Positions 34,703 through 47,501 of a stretch of 64,000 nucleotides of DNA are shown piece after piece. The DNA is from Selaginella moellendorffii. Lineage: Eukaryota > Plantae > Lycopodiophyta. Position numbers and translations under genes: made by a program. The stretch lies in NCBI RefSeq assembly GCF_000143415.4, contig NW_003314265.1, positions 882,405-946,404 of the forward strand, in the 5' to 3' direction. The notes under the pieces were generated by a model. It saw nothing but the letters and a program-made list of their open reading frames with translations, did not search any database and was not told where the DNA came from. Each line of letters begins with the position of its first letter. The stretch's first letter is position 1.

Positions 34703-37016
34703 TCACATGGCAAAATGAAATGCCAATCGCTTTTCTTCTCGTTCTTGAGAGATTCTACAGTAAAGTTCTCTATCGCGCGCGAACTTTCTCGAGATCCAGA
34801 GAGTTGGGCTCCCAGATCTCTTCCAGCTCCATCCCCTAGCATCGAGAATTTGTCGAATCGGTTGCGAATTGGCCTTCCTTCTCCCTTCCCCTGGCATACT
34901 CTGTTTCTAGGGCTCGTCAATGTCCTCTTGCATTCTCCTCCAAAGCGGCAGCCCCTTCCTAGGCCAAGAGCTCAGGAGCTCTCACAGCGCCAATCCAGCT
35001 CCATCCATCCCTCCCATCACTCGGGTAAGCTCAATCTCCCTCACCTCGATCACCCAAAGAGCAACTCCAAGAGACGTGAGTGTGAGCGCCGGGAAGAAGA
35101 AGAGGGTGAGTCCCGGGGGACGCTTCGACGGTCCCAGGAAGCCCAAGGACTTGGGTCCATCGCCGGAGGTGATCGACAAGGTCCTGGCCGAGGCGGACAT
35201 CGTCTACAACGACGACTACTACAAGTATGGAGCTTACGGGCCATACCGCCATCGCGGGATGATCTTCGGCGAGCCCAAGTTTGGGTCCGTGCACGACAAG
35301 GACATGGTGTTCCTCTACTCGTCGGTCCGGGACGACGAGGAGATGGAGGAGATGCACAAGTTCCAGCAGTGCCGGATCTTCGACAAGAAGCTCGACATGA
35401 TGGACTCGGCCAAGATGCATTTATTCTACGTGTTCGTGAGGGGGACGAGCAAGCCGCGGCGATGGCAGCCGCCGTGGAAGACGTGGACGCTGGCGGCGCA
35501 CGTCGTTGTGGAGTCTGGCGATGCCAAGCTCGATAAGTGGGACGTTGGCGAGAGGGTGGATCTTCGGGCGCGGCACGGGGTGACGAGGTGTGTGTCGTGG
35601 TGCCGGCCGGATTTGATCTGGGTGAAGAGGCCGGAGTATCAGATGAGGTACTACTCTCGAGCTCTTGTTCTTGGCGATCGATTGTCTGATCGTTTTCTTG
35701 CGTAGATATGAGCCGCAGGAGGATTACATGCGTGGGCTGTTCGAGCTTCTCAATCCCGAGACGGAGCTGGATGGGATCGAGGGCGAGGACGTGGAAGAGA
35801 GGAGAAAGAAGAGCTTCTACTACCGGCTGTGCGAGAGGCTGGGCGTGGAGGTGAGCGCGAGCGAGGCGGAGATTGTGGCGGCGTGGGTGGGGCTGGATGA
35901 AGAGCGGAGATCGCTGGTGCTGGAGCATATGATGAATGGCCAGCCCGTGCAGTTCCTTCATCCGTTTACCAAGGAGTGGCGGCGGAAGGAGGCCGAGGCC
36001 GAGGCCACGGGGCGACAGGTTGAGTTTGCGAGTGACGAGAGTGTGTGGGATGTTGAAGATGAGGAGGAGGAAGGCAAAGACGAGGATGGCGAGCAAGATC
36101 ATGGTAGTGAAGATGGAGATGAAAATGAAGAAGACGAAGATGGTGGCGATGATGAAGACGAAGGTGGCGATGACGAAGAAGAAGAAGAAGATGGTCGTGA
36201 TGACGAAGACGATGATATTGCTAGTGAAGAAGCTGGTGATCAAGAGCTTGATCTGGGTGAAGCGCTGGCACAGCTTAGAAATACGACGAAGAGCAGCTCG
36301 AAAGCTTCGAGTCCCAGGAAGAGGAAGAAGAACCAGGAGGAGACCATCGTATTCGAAAAGAAGGAAGTGGAATCGCAGCTGAACAGGGCAACGAAGGAGA
36401 AGCGGGGATGCGAAAGAAGAGGAAGAGGAGGATGAAGGAGAGCTACTTTGGTGGCAAGCCCCATCCACTGCGGAAGAGAAACCTTACGTCCTGGCAGCGC
36501 GATTTCTACCGGGAGGTAACCCCGAGCTATGCTGCGCTGCGACGCTACCCGCGAGAGCTCTATTTCCACCACTTCGATCAGCTCGACGATGACAGGGATG
36601 AGAGCAAGAACTGGAACTTCGAGCCAGGGACTGGATTGAAGGCCGCCGTGAGGCCATTCACGTACCAAGACATGCTCGAAGAGATTGTCTACATTAGGCG
36701 CCAATTTACTTGTTACAGCTAGCCGGAGCATGTAGATGATAAAATAGTTTTGATTTTAAAAACTCGATACAACTTATAGATGGTTTGCCACCTTTATGCA
36801 TAAACTAAAATATATGATGACAGCTATGACAAACATTATGAAAAGACCCACCATCATTAGTTCTTCCTTTTCTTCTTTGAAAAGATCAATACTCTTCGGC
36901 ACCACCTTTTCTTCTTCCTTTTCTTCTTTGACAACAGGTACCACCACTCTTTTCTTTTCGATATCTTGAGGTCTCACTTTGAAATACATTGATTTCAAAG
37001 CTTGTTCCGCAGTAAT
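34190..37016. repeat. Right arm of the inverted duplication
   Basis: Reverse complement of 28668-31577. Confidence 0.95.
34920..36722 (+). pseudogene. Second copy of the acidic plastid-type protein gene with a 1-bp frameshift
   Basis: Exons 34920-35647 and 35706-36722. CTTAGAAATACG here versus CTTAGAAAATACG in the left copy (~36279-36281) splits the ORF. Could be a sequencing error. Confidence 0.75.
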
Positions 37017-37811
37017 CCTCTTGTCTGGATCCCAAACTAATAAACATCGCAGCAAGTCCACTGCATCCTCGTCTTCAATCATCTCATACCAATCCCACTT
37101 CAAGAACTTTTTCATATTGTCCATCACCTTGGCCTTGTTTGCATCGCAGCTCAAACTCAAATCAATACCTTCAAGAAAAGGGTTCTCTCCTAAGAGCATA
37201 TTTGCAAGCACAGCTCCAACACCCCACATATCCACACCTTTCCCTATCTTCTCCGTCTCTCGGGAGATAACTTCAGGAGCAGTGAATCCCATTGATTCAC
37301 TGCTCCCCATAGTATCTACATTTGGTGGAGTTGATAGCCTCCTTGAGCAGTGAAAATCTCCCAGCTTCACCACAAAGTTGCTATGATTGAGCTCGAATCT
37401 GATACAAGCGGGCACAATGTCCTGATGCACAACCTCTCGCTCGTGCAAGCTTGCCAAGCCCACCAGGAGCTGCCGTATGGTTTCTTTGATCAACCCTACG
37501 TCAGAGAGTTTGTAGTAGAATCGCTCATACTGGAGGTCCCTGGCATCGCACAAGTGCTCTAGAACCATATAATCTCCATCCTCTTCTTGGCCTATGTCGA
37601 GAACTCTCATTATGTTCTCATGCTTGCACTCCTTCATGAGCTCAACCTCTCGGACCATGTGATTATAGTTGTATAATTCACTATCAATCTTCTTGATTAG
37701 AACTTTATCGCCTTCTTGGTTACGACCTTCACTCACAATATAAAACCTATCAATCGTTTGGATACCATCACAAAACCTATACTTCCCTAGCACCGTCTTC
37801 TTCAACTCCAT
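36774..37811 (-). CDS. Intronless CMGC-like (CDK/MAPK-like) kinase fold, likely pseudokinase, with C-terminal transmembrane helix
   Basis: VLIKK, REVELMKECKHENI, HQDIVPAC, DFH, FTAPE, DMWGVG, DPDKRITAEQAL; tail LMMVGLFIMFVIAVIIYFSLCI. First ATG at 37811. Confidence 0.85.
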   Translation of the reverse strand: MELKKTVLGKYRFCDGIQTIDRFYIVSEGRNQEGDKVLIKKIDSELYNYNHMVREVELMKECKHENIMRVLDIGQEEDGDYMVLEHLCDARDLQYERFYYKLSDVGLIKETIRQLLVGLASLHEREVVHQDIVPACIRFELNHSNFVVKLGDFHCSRRLSTPPNVDTMGSSESMGFTAPEVISRETEKIGKGVDMWGVGAVLANMLLGENPFLEGIDLSLSCDANKAKVMDNMKKFLKWDWYEMIEDEDAVDLLRCLLVWDPDKRITAEQALKSMYFKVRPQDIEKKRVVVPVVKEEKEEEKVVPKSIDLFKEEKEELMMVGLFIMFVIAVIIYFSLCIKVANHL

Positions 37812-37939
37812 CACACAAACCTTATTAGTCCTAGCACACAAACCCTATTAGTCCTAGCGTTTTTATAGTGCCCAACGAAAGGGAATCTCAAATAGAACAA
37901 TATATGATACAAAAGAAAAATAAAAATGAAATAGAAAAA

Positions 37940-40900
37940 TCAAACGTACTGGCCAAGCAATCTTCTCCGCGCGCTCGCATCGCCATGGTAACATGTATCC
38001 ACCAAGGGAAAGGCCGAGAATGCGTCATTCTCCTTGAAACAGCATGCCACTGCCGTGCCACTGCCATTATAACTCCACTCGGGTTGCACCAGGTTGCTCG
38101 CAAAGCTATCGTTCGGAGAAGAAGAACAAGCTCCTCCTCCTCCTCCTCCGCCACCGCCACCACCACCTCCTGCCGCCTGATCACCACTACTCTCCTCCTG
38201 CTGCTGCTCTCCATAGCACCTTTCCATGATCGGGCTGAGCGCCCTGTCCACCGCCGACTCCATGCTCATCATCGTCTCGTACCCGGCTGGCGCCGTCTGG
38301 AGCGCGCTGATCTTCTCCAGCTGCCGCTGCATGTCCCGCTCCCACCCGGCGCGCAACCCCTGCTGCTCCTCCATCCTGCTCAGCAGCTCCACCTTGTCCA
38401 CGATGGCTCCCTCCTCCGTCGACTCCGCCTCGTACGCCTCCCGCAGCTGGCGCGCCAGCCCCTCCTCGATCTGCTCCATGGTGGCCAGCCTCGTCGACAA
38501 GCTCCGGAGAGCTTGCCTCACCTCCAGCGTCGACGGTGCCGTCGCGGGGACTGCCGCCAGAGCGTTCTCCGTCCGCTGGAGCCTGCTCCGGCTCGCTTGC
38601 CTCGCGTCCAGCAGGCTGCTCATCACGTTCTCCAGCCTCCTCTGGCTCGGCAGCCGCGGGGGAGGCCTGTGATCCTGTGCTTGATTGCCCAGCCTGCTGT
38701 AGCTCGCCAAGTTCCTCCCGCCAATCTCGGTGCTCTCGCTCTCGTCTCTCTCGCTGCCGGCTTTCGATCCCGGCCTGCTTCGCATGGGTTCCCAGGAGCC
38801 GTTGTTGCTGGTGGCTGCGTAACTCTGCAGCTTGTCGTCGAGAGCCTTCTTCATGCTTTCTAGTCGTTTCATCTCGGATGAAAGCTGCATCTCTCGCGCG
38901 GTGAGGGAAGTCTCTATCTCCTTTTTCTTCTCTGAGAGAAGCCTGCGCTCTTCTTCCAGCGCTTCCCTTTCCCTGTGAAATATGTTACTCATGCATCATG
39001 CCAACTTTACTGACGTACCTGGATGCCTTTTGTGCAATAAGAGACGCATCCGCCACCATTTTCTTGCTGGCCTTGAGTTGGACTGTCAGAGTTGATTTCG
39101 CCTCTTGCACTGCTAGCTTCGTCTTTTCCTGTTCAAAGCATTGAGTTCCAAGTAGGTGTTTTATATGCTTACCAGCTCAAGTTGTTGAGCTTTCAAGTTT
39201 TCTCTTTCCCTGACGAGGTTAGTCGCTTCACTTCGTGAATGCCCGTCCTCAAGAGCGCTCTCGATTGCATTTATCTTGTCGCTAAGAGGTAGCAGCTGCC
39301 TGTCGTTGAGATCCTGGAATGCAATGACCAAAGTAACATGAAATGATAAGTTGTAGTTTTCGCGCACCCTTCTATGTAGCTCGAGAAAGTTTTGTCTGTC
39401 CTGCATCGCCTTCAGAGATTGTTCTTTCTCGTCCACTTCACGCTTTCTTGCGTTGAGCTTCGTTGCCTCTTCCTTCAGAGACGTGACAGCGGAATCTACT
39501 GCCTTTTGTCTATCCTCCACATAACGCCGCTGAGCATCCAGTTCTGAATGGGCTTTTCTTAGCTGCTGCTTCAGTTCCTCAGCGTCGTTCTCGATTTGTG
39601 TTCTTCCTTTGAGGAACTTGCACTCCATCTCGAACAAGGATGACTCTTTTTCAGCCGCTTTAAATTCCTTGTCACGAAGCACGTCCATCAGCTGTGCGGT
39701 TTCGTTGCGTTGCTTGTCAAGTCTCTCCTTCATCTTGTTGATCTCCTCCCTCTCCTTTGCTTGGCTCATAAGCTCGGCCTTTTGACTCGCAGCCAGTTGT
39801 TCAAACTGCGTCCTCACAGATCCCAGGTATTCACGTTGCTTTGATAAAGCCGCTTGTTCTTCTTTCAGCTCTTCCCATGCTACAGACAAATATATCAGTA
39901 AGTAAAACAACAGAGAGAAGAATCGCAGCTACCTTTCTCGAGTTCGATAGACCGCCTTTCAAGGCTCTCAACTCTTCTCATTCTATCCTTGACCTCAACC
40001 TCCAGTTTCAAGAGAGTGCAGCTTTGTTCTTCAAGTATTTCCTCTTTCTTCTTCAGCGCACTTTCCACCTTTGCCATCTCTCTTCTCTTTGAGAGCAGAG
40101 TACCTCCTTGTTCTTCTAATCGTTCTTCCTGGAATTACGTACAGTTTAGAAATGAAAAGCACAGAGCGATGCTACCTTTCGTCCTAGTTCCTCTTCTTTC
40201 TCTTTCATCTGCCTTTGCTTCGATAACAGACTTTCAGCTACCGCTTCAAGTTGCTCCTGTGATGTGGCAATCTGCTGCCTTTCACCTTCTAGCTTCGATG
40301 ACGCCTTGTCCATAATCATAATGTGATTAATCATCTCCGCTCCAGCCCTTTCTATGTCCCGTTGTAGAACTCTCTGCATAAATCACCCCGGACGTTAAAG
40401 ACTTTGATACCAGGTTTTTGACTTAACCAGTTTTCTGTGTTGGTCTTCAAGACCATTTTTTTGTTCCAGTAAAAACAGCAGCTTTTCTTCTTCTTCTTTC
40501 TTGTACTTTTCAAACTTCTGCTTCTCATTTTGCAAGTGATCAAACCTTCTTTGCAATTCAGAAGTCCTGCCATCGAGGTCTTTCCGAACTACTTCCAGAT
40601 CTTCAATTTGAAGCCGATATTCATCCGCTTGCTTGTTCACCTGATCCAGATTTCTCGCTTGAACATAGAATCACAGAAATGATGTAAACTCACCTTCTGG
40701 TGATGACCTTGCTGTCTGATCTCCAAAGCTTTCTCGGCCTCCTGGATCCTGGCTTCCATCTCGGTCAGCCGCTTACACTCAGTAAGGACCTTCTTTCTTT
40801 CCCGATTAAGCTTTTCCAGCTCTCTTCTTGCTTCAAAGGATTTGGTTTCCATTAGCATTTCCTTGCGCTTAAGATCCTCCTCTTCAGCCATAATGGCTTC

Positions 40901-43112
40901 CTGGTCTTTGATAAGCTTCGCATGCATCGTATGAGACCGCTCTTGCTCTTTGACGAGTTGAACCTCGAGTTCCTTAAGAAGCGTTTCCTGCTGCTGCAAG
41001 TCCTTTTCTTTGTCTTTCAGGCTTTCTTCCCACGCTCTTAGCTTCTCTTCCGTCCTCTTCAAAGCACTGCTCGATTTCTTGCGTTCCTCGGATGCTTGAG
41101 AGAGTATCTCCTGAGCATTTTTCTTCGAGAGCTCGTTCTCGACCTCGGCAACATGCAGCTTCTTTTTCTCCCTTTCCAGACTGTGGGACACCTCTTGAAC
41201 GTGTCTCTTCTCTTGTTCGGCCTTGCTATGGAGGTCATTCAACGCCTTCTCTCGGACTACCAGCTTCTTCGAGAGGTTTTCGGTCGCCAATACCTTCTCC
41301 GCTAGATCGGATTCCATTTCCTCAAGGTCCCTCTCCTTCTCTTTGAGACGCTGCTGCAACTCCTCAATGCTCCTTTCCTTCTTGTGAATTCTTTCCTCGC
41401 GAGATCCAAGATGTCTCTCTCTTTTCTGCAGCTTCTCTTCAGACTCCTGGAGGCTTCTCTCTCGTTTCTGGAGTACATTGTCGCGCTCGGCACGATCAAT
41501 GTCTTCCTTCTGAAGACTCTCTTCTAGTTCCCGCACGTTCCTTTCTCTCTTCTGAAGAAAACTTTCACGTTCATCGAGCTCGTTCTCCTTTTTCTGAAGT
41601 CGATTCTCCAGCTCATGGTGCAAAAACTGTTTGCACGAAATGTCAGATCATGCACAAAAAGTAGCAAGGGATTGGACCTTTTCACGTTCTTGGAGATGTG
41701 AAACCCACTGAACGAGCGCATCCCTGTCTTTCACCAGGGAGTGGCGTTCCTCAGCTGCCACTTTGTTGTTATCCTCCGCATGTTTTTTCATTTTCCTCGC
41801 TGCCTCGAGTTCCTCCGCCGTGTGCACCTTTGCTTCAACAATGTCCTCTTCTAACTTCAGCACACGCATAGACTCTTTCTCTAGTGAAATCGCCCATTTT
41901 TGCAGCATCGTTTCTTTCTCCAGGTAAGAAACCAGGCGCTGGCATACTGCGGATACTGTGTCGCACCATTTCTCTGGACTGCTCGCCCCGGCCACCCGAG
42001 GAAGACCACTGAAGCCCGTCTGCTTGCTCGACGTCAGCAATTCCAATTCGGAAAAATGCTTCAGCCCTTTACTAGACTCCGGACTGTCGTTCCATTCTTT
42101 CCATGCCTTTCCCAGGCTCTTTTCTTTGCTTTCCAGCTGCGAGAGCACCTTAAGTAGGGAGGCATGCAGAGATTGTAGCACCGTTTTCCCTTCGCAGTCG
42201 TCGTTCTCCTGTGGATTGCAAAAGTGAGATTCAGTAACGCATTCGCACATTTAGCTTACCACCACGGCGGTAGATTTCGCAGCGGTTCTATGCGGCGCAG
42301 ATGGTCTTTTGTTACTTAGTGACCTGCATAGAAACGGAGTAAGAAACATACTGTTTCGATGAAGTAGAATTTACCTTGACGACAAACGCTGCTGTTGTTG
42401 ATTGTTTTGTTTCGAGGACGTCTTGAACGTGCTATCAATGTCCTCTGCCACGAATCCAGGAGGAGGGGATCGCGATTGGTGTGTATCCATGCACACCACT
42501 GGAGTATCACCATCTTTCCTGTTTGTTGTCAAAAATGCTTGGGAGCTCTTGTACCCGGAAGTTTTCTTCGGAGACGAAGAATCCAAAATGGCCTCTTTGA
42601 TCGGCGTGACAGGCTGCGAGAACAAGCGCTTCCTCCTGGAACTCAGCGGATCACTGTGGCCAAAACCACCGGAACTGGATCCCGAGGACGACGAAGAAGT
42701 TGACAAAGACGACGACGAACTTAGTGGAGAATCCGGCTGGCTGATGTTGATGTTGTCCTCGTCCGCTCGATTTGGTTCCCCGAATGCTGGACTCTTGGAG
42801 AGAGCCCTTGGAGGAAACGGCTTCAAACGCGGTAGAACGATGTTTGATTGCCTGCCAACTAGAGAGTCCTTTGGGCATTCACTGGGCGCCGAAGAAACGT
42901 TGTTGCTTGCGTCGAAGGAGGCCAAGGAGGATGGAAACTCGATGGGTTCTTCCTCGAGGTCCGGAGTGGAAGATCGCTGCTGGAAGTCGAGCCACTATAA
43001 ACAGAAGAAAACTTGAAAAGTTTCAAGCGCCAAGAAGATAATCCGCGCCTACCTGGCTCTCCAGCAGCTCAAATCGCTTGGCTATGTCGTTGGAAGACAT
43101 TTCGGTCATCAT
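37940..43112 (-). CDS. Large multi-exon coiled-coil protein of unknown function
   Basis: ATG 43112 (MMTEMSSNDIAKRFELLESQ) spliced to a Ser-rich exon, then a long series of E/K/Q/L heptad exons with GT-AG introns. Stop at 37940. Confidence 0.8.
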
Positions 43113-43382
43113 GGCGTCGGCGCCAGGAGCAATGCCTTCCATCGATCGTCACAAAGATAGTCCATACACTTTCTTGACCTACATTCTTGCTGCGACAAGG
43201 AATCGAGCGCGAGCTTAGTGGCAGCGCGATCCATCCACAGCTCGGCGAGGAACCCCAGCCCGCGCATTTCCCAGCATTCCAGTTTCCATGGTCCGCCAAG
43301 TGCCTAGCCCTAAATTCCTACGCTGCCACGTGGCTCCAGCTTTTGTTCTACTCGGGCATGAGCGGGAAGGAGTTGTTGGCGC

Positions 43383-43464
43383 GCGGACGTGCCGGAGTGG
43401 TTAACGGGTTTGACTCGAAATCAAATGGGCTCTGCCCGCGCAGGTTCGAGTCCTGCCGTCCGCG
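43383..43464 (+). tRNA. tRNA-Ser(CGA)
   Basis: Acceptor GCGGACG/CGTCCGC, anticodon stem TTTGA-CTCGAAA-TCAAA, long variable arm, T arm GCAGG-TTCGAGT-CCTGC, discriminator G, T5 terminator at 43471-43475. Confidence 0.97.
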
Positions 43465-43698
43465 GTCTAATTTTTGCTGGAAGCCTTTTTTCTTACCGAA
43501 AATTGAAATAATGAAATTAGAATATTAGTTTAAGAAGATCGATTGCTTAAGTAAAAGTGGATATACCTAAAATATGCTAAATATTCTAGGACCATTTAAC
43601 AGTTGTTATTCATTTAGATTAAATTATTATTTAAAATTTATAATCTTCCTCAAACACTTTGTAATATATTCTAATTTATTTTATAATCTAATGGTTGA

Positions 43699-44040
43699 NN
43701 NNNNNNNNNNNNNNNNNNNNNNNNNNNNNNNNNNNNNNNNNNNNNNNNNNNNNNNNNNNNNNNNNNNNNNNNNNNNNNNNNNNNNNNNNNNNNNNNNNNN
43801 NNNNNNNNNNNNNNNNNNNNNNNNNNNNNNNNNNNNNNNNNNNNNNNNNNNNNNNNNNNNNNNNNNNNNNNNNNNNNNNNNNNNNNNNNNNNNNNNNNNN
43901 NNNNNNNNNNNNNNNNNNNNNNNNNNNNNNNNNNNNNNNNNNNNNNNNNNNNNNNNNNNNNNNNNNNNNNNNNNNNNNNNNNNNNNNNNNNNNNNNNNNN
44001 NNNNNNNNNNNNNNNNNNNNNNNNNNNNNNNNNNNNNNNN
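43699..44040. other. Assembly gap (N run)
   Basis: Ns in the sequence. Confidence 1.
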
Positions 44041-44552
44041 TAGCTACAATTAAATAAAAATATGATTATATGTAATTTATATAATTTTTTAGGATAATTA
44101 TTTAGTTAAAAATCCTTAAAATTTCTTATAAGAAAGATTATTTTCTTTTTTACTATAATAGAAAAACTTACTCAAGTATATTTTAAAATTAAAGATAAAA
44201 TTATTTCATTCGGCAAAAAATTTTGTTCCCAAGCTTGAGTTGAAGAATTTCCAGCAAATTAATGTTAAAAAATTACACACAGAAACATTAATAATAATAT
44301 ATATAAATTGAATGCAAATGATTCTAACATGATATAACTAATGCCGGCAACAGAATTGTAAATTTAGTAGTAATAAACATATATTAAGATATTATTATCA
44401 TAAAAGTTAAAAGTTATAAAAAATCAACTTAAGGTTCTTCATAGTAAATGGTTATTCAAATTTATCACTGTTTCTTAATATTTATTGTTATGATTTTTAC
44501 GCAAGGATTAGTCTCTGCTCACTTAAACCAACAACAATGTTTCGTAGATTAA

Positions 44553-44840
44553 TTAAAAAGCTGCTAAAGCAGGACAGCTCTTGGCATCTGTTGGATCAAA
44601 CGCGCACGCCTCGAGCAGCACGTCGCGGGCGCCATCGATACTACACACGCATTTCTCCGCCATCGCCTGCTTGGCCTTGGCGCAGCACTCATCAAACTCG
44701 ATCTGGTAGCACTTGTTGATGAGATCTTTGTAGCCACCACAGCCTTCCTCAGTCGCTCCCAGTGGAGAAGACGAAGCCACCATAGCCAGAGCCACAAAAG
44801 CCACCACTCCCAAAACCACCAGAGCAGAAGCTCCCTTCAT
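44553..44840 (-). CDS. Small secreted 8-cysteine-motif protein (nsLTP/prolamin-like)
   Basis: Signal peptide plus C-X9-C-X7-CC-X10-CXC-X12-C-X9-C; TATATAA about 40 nt upstream of the ATG. Confidence 0.8.
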   Translation of the reverse strand: MKGASALVVLGVVAFVALAMVASSSPLGATEEGCGGYKDLINKCYQIEFDECCAKAKQAMAEKCVCSIDGARDVLLEACAFDPTDAKSCPALAAF

Positions 44841-45000
44841 ACTTCCACACTCTAAGTAACCCCTTTTCTGCCTGCGCTTATATATTCGATCCAGAAGCTC
44901 GACTCGAGATCCTCGTGGGAGTCAAGCCTCTGCGTTGTCATCACTCCCATCCCTGTTTTATCCTGTCACCCCCTGTACAAATCTCTGACCATAATATTTT

Positions 45001-45532
45001 CTATACCGCGAATACCTTCACCACCTGTTCTATCGGACTCCTACAAACCGGGCACCCCCACTTCTTGTTCTTGATTTCCTGCAAGCACCCCATGCAGCCC
45101 GCTAGATGGCCACACGGAATGCACACGCCCTGTGCTGGAGCGTCCCAGCAAACCACGCACTGGCCACCAGCTTTCTCCGTTTCCGCCACAGGCGTGGCAG
45201 CAGTGGCAGTGGAGGCCTTTGCGACGCTAGAAACTGGAACTGGATTAGTCACTGGAGAAGTGTCGATGGAAGGATAGTGGATCGGACCGACAACAAAGTC
45301 GTCCTCCGGCAGCGGTGGAGCGGATGGAGGTTCTTCCGGTGCCGCGGGAGTGGCCACTGAAGCTTCTGAGCTGCTTTGCCCCGGCTCTGGAGTTCCCCAA
45401 CCATTGTAGCTGCTGGTACTGCTGCTGCTGCCATCGACTGCCCAGCCTCCACAGTCATTCTTCTTTGAACCGGCCGGCTGCTGCTGCTGCTGCTCTTGTT
45501 GGTGGTGTTGTTGTTGTTGCTGCTGCTGCTTC

Positions 45533-45576
<44 letters not shown>

Positions 45577-46967
45577 TTGGGGGTGGTGTTGTTGATTTTG
45601 TTGTTGAACTCCCCATCCGTTGTAGTTTTCACTGCCGGGTTGGTCACCCCATCCTCCATTCGCTCCAGCAGACTGAAGAGAAGCATCTAATGCCATAGCC
45701 AGTGCAACGTCGTCCTGGTTGTCAGGAAGTGGAGGAACAGGGTATCCCATTGCAGGAACCACCTGGCAAGAAAAAAAACAGCGAAGTCTAGACGGACAGA
45801 AAGAAAAACTGGGATGATGTCTCACCGGAGGTATTCCTCTGCATGCTCTGTACAGTTTCTCCAGTTGAGCGGTGTCACCGTCCGCTTCAGACAGGAACTT
45901 GTATTTCATCTCTACAGAAAAACAAGCTTGCTGCTAGAGAAAAGAAAGCAAACCAGAAGCTTACTTGTAGCTCTTTCTGTGACTATCAAAACTGGTGCTC
46001 CAGTGTTCCACTTTGGCTCTTCCAGATCCGCCTTCCAGAGTGAAATGACGGTTCTCGGCGCCGCAACCTACCAGAGAAATCCTTCATATACATCAAAAGA
46101 ACAATGGGCAAGCAAACACCCAGACCTTGGGAGACTGATAAATAGCGAGCTCGTGCCTTGGAGGATGTCTCTGGTTAGCTTGAACTGGGACAACGGCAAC
46201 CCACCTAAAAACACAAAGCAGTCCATGACGTTGCAAGCGCCAAGCAAAACTTACACTTTCTTGGTCACCCATTGCGGTACAAAGACCTCCAGCAAGCCAG
46301 GCCCCGAAACTTCACGAATCATCCCAGTAAACAGAGCTATCCGATCCTGAAAAAGTTTCCTCGTCAAAATAAATAGAATTTTCGCTCGCTCGCTTGCCTC
46401 TATAATCCGGACGATCGAAGTATGTCCCCGTAGTCTGGCCATATCCAAAGGAGTTTGTCCATCGTCATTGATGCATAAAGGATCAGCTGCATGCACAGAA
46501 TGTCTTCAGTAGTAGTGACTCAGAAGAAAAAAACTTCCCGACCTCCTCTGGATATGAGCAGAATCACAGTTCTCTCCAGCCCCCTTTTCGCGGCATGATG
46601 CAATGGAAATCCACCATTCGAGCCTAGATGAACAAATTCCACGCGATAGAGTAAACTATCTACATAGTCTAGAACGAAAGAGAGAGCTGACTTACCAGGT
46701 CTATAGGCATTTATATTAGCCCCGAGATTGAGCAAAGTGACGACCATGTCAAACAGATCTTGGCGAGCACAGGCCAAAATCAAGGGGGTCCTGCCCTCCT
46801 TGTCCAGAAACTATCACCCCACTGATGAGAAGAAGACGAAGAAGAAGCAAAATCTCTACACGAACCTCCAAAGACGCTCCATCGCGCCGGAGAGATTTCA
46901 CAAGCTGATGGTTCCCGTTGTGGACGGCTTGATACAGCTGCTCCTCCTTGGAAAAGCCCGCGCCCAT
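45001..46967 (-). CDS. Ankyrin-repeat C3HC4 RING E3 ligase, XBAT34/35-like
   Basis: MGAGFSKEEQLYQAV (Gly2), ankyrin motifs TPLILAC, PLHHAAKRG and DGQTPLDMAR, PSAPPLP...GPIHYPSID, RING CVVCWD...CIPCGHLAGCMGC...CPVCR; poly-Q at ~45477-45603. Confidence 0.92.
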
Positions 46968-47501
46968 TGCTGCTGCTTCGGCGCCCGGGGGACGCGATCG
47001 AGCCGATTGAATTGATCGGCGCCGATGGAACCGACCTAGAGGAAGAAATTTCGAGGGCAGGGCACCGAAGGAACGAGACGGCCTACCCAAGCCGTGTGGC
47101 GACGAGGGATGGAAGCAGAATATTCCTTACAACACAGAATATCCCTAAAAGAATATGCCTGATTATTCGAAGAAGTCACTTTTTTGACAAAATTAATGCC
47201 CGTTACACAAACCCGGTCAATCACTCGATGATAGTAGAGCTACCAAGACTAAAACTACGCACCTTTCTACACACAGGAAAAATCAAGGAAAAAAGAAAGA
47301 AGAAAAACCATGGAAGAGAGAAAGAGAGCTTGCCTGTAGTAGTATGGAGAAGCCTGACAAAAATTTTGCGAATGAATACAATCCCACCAAGAGAGCCGAA
47401 GGAAGGCGACGATGACGACGACGACGACGCGACGATCAAGGACGAACAGAGACCAGAGAAAACCGGGGAGTTGCTTCCACTCCCCAGAGATCTCGCCTCA
47501 A

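Noticed and set aside
43574-44057. ORFs spanning X residues
   Set aside because: Artefacts of the N gap.
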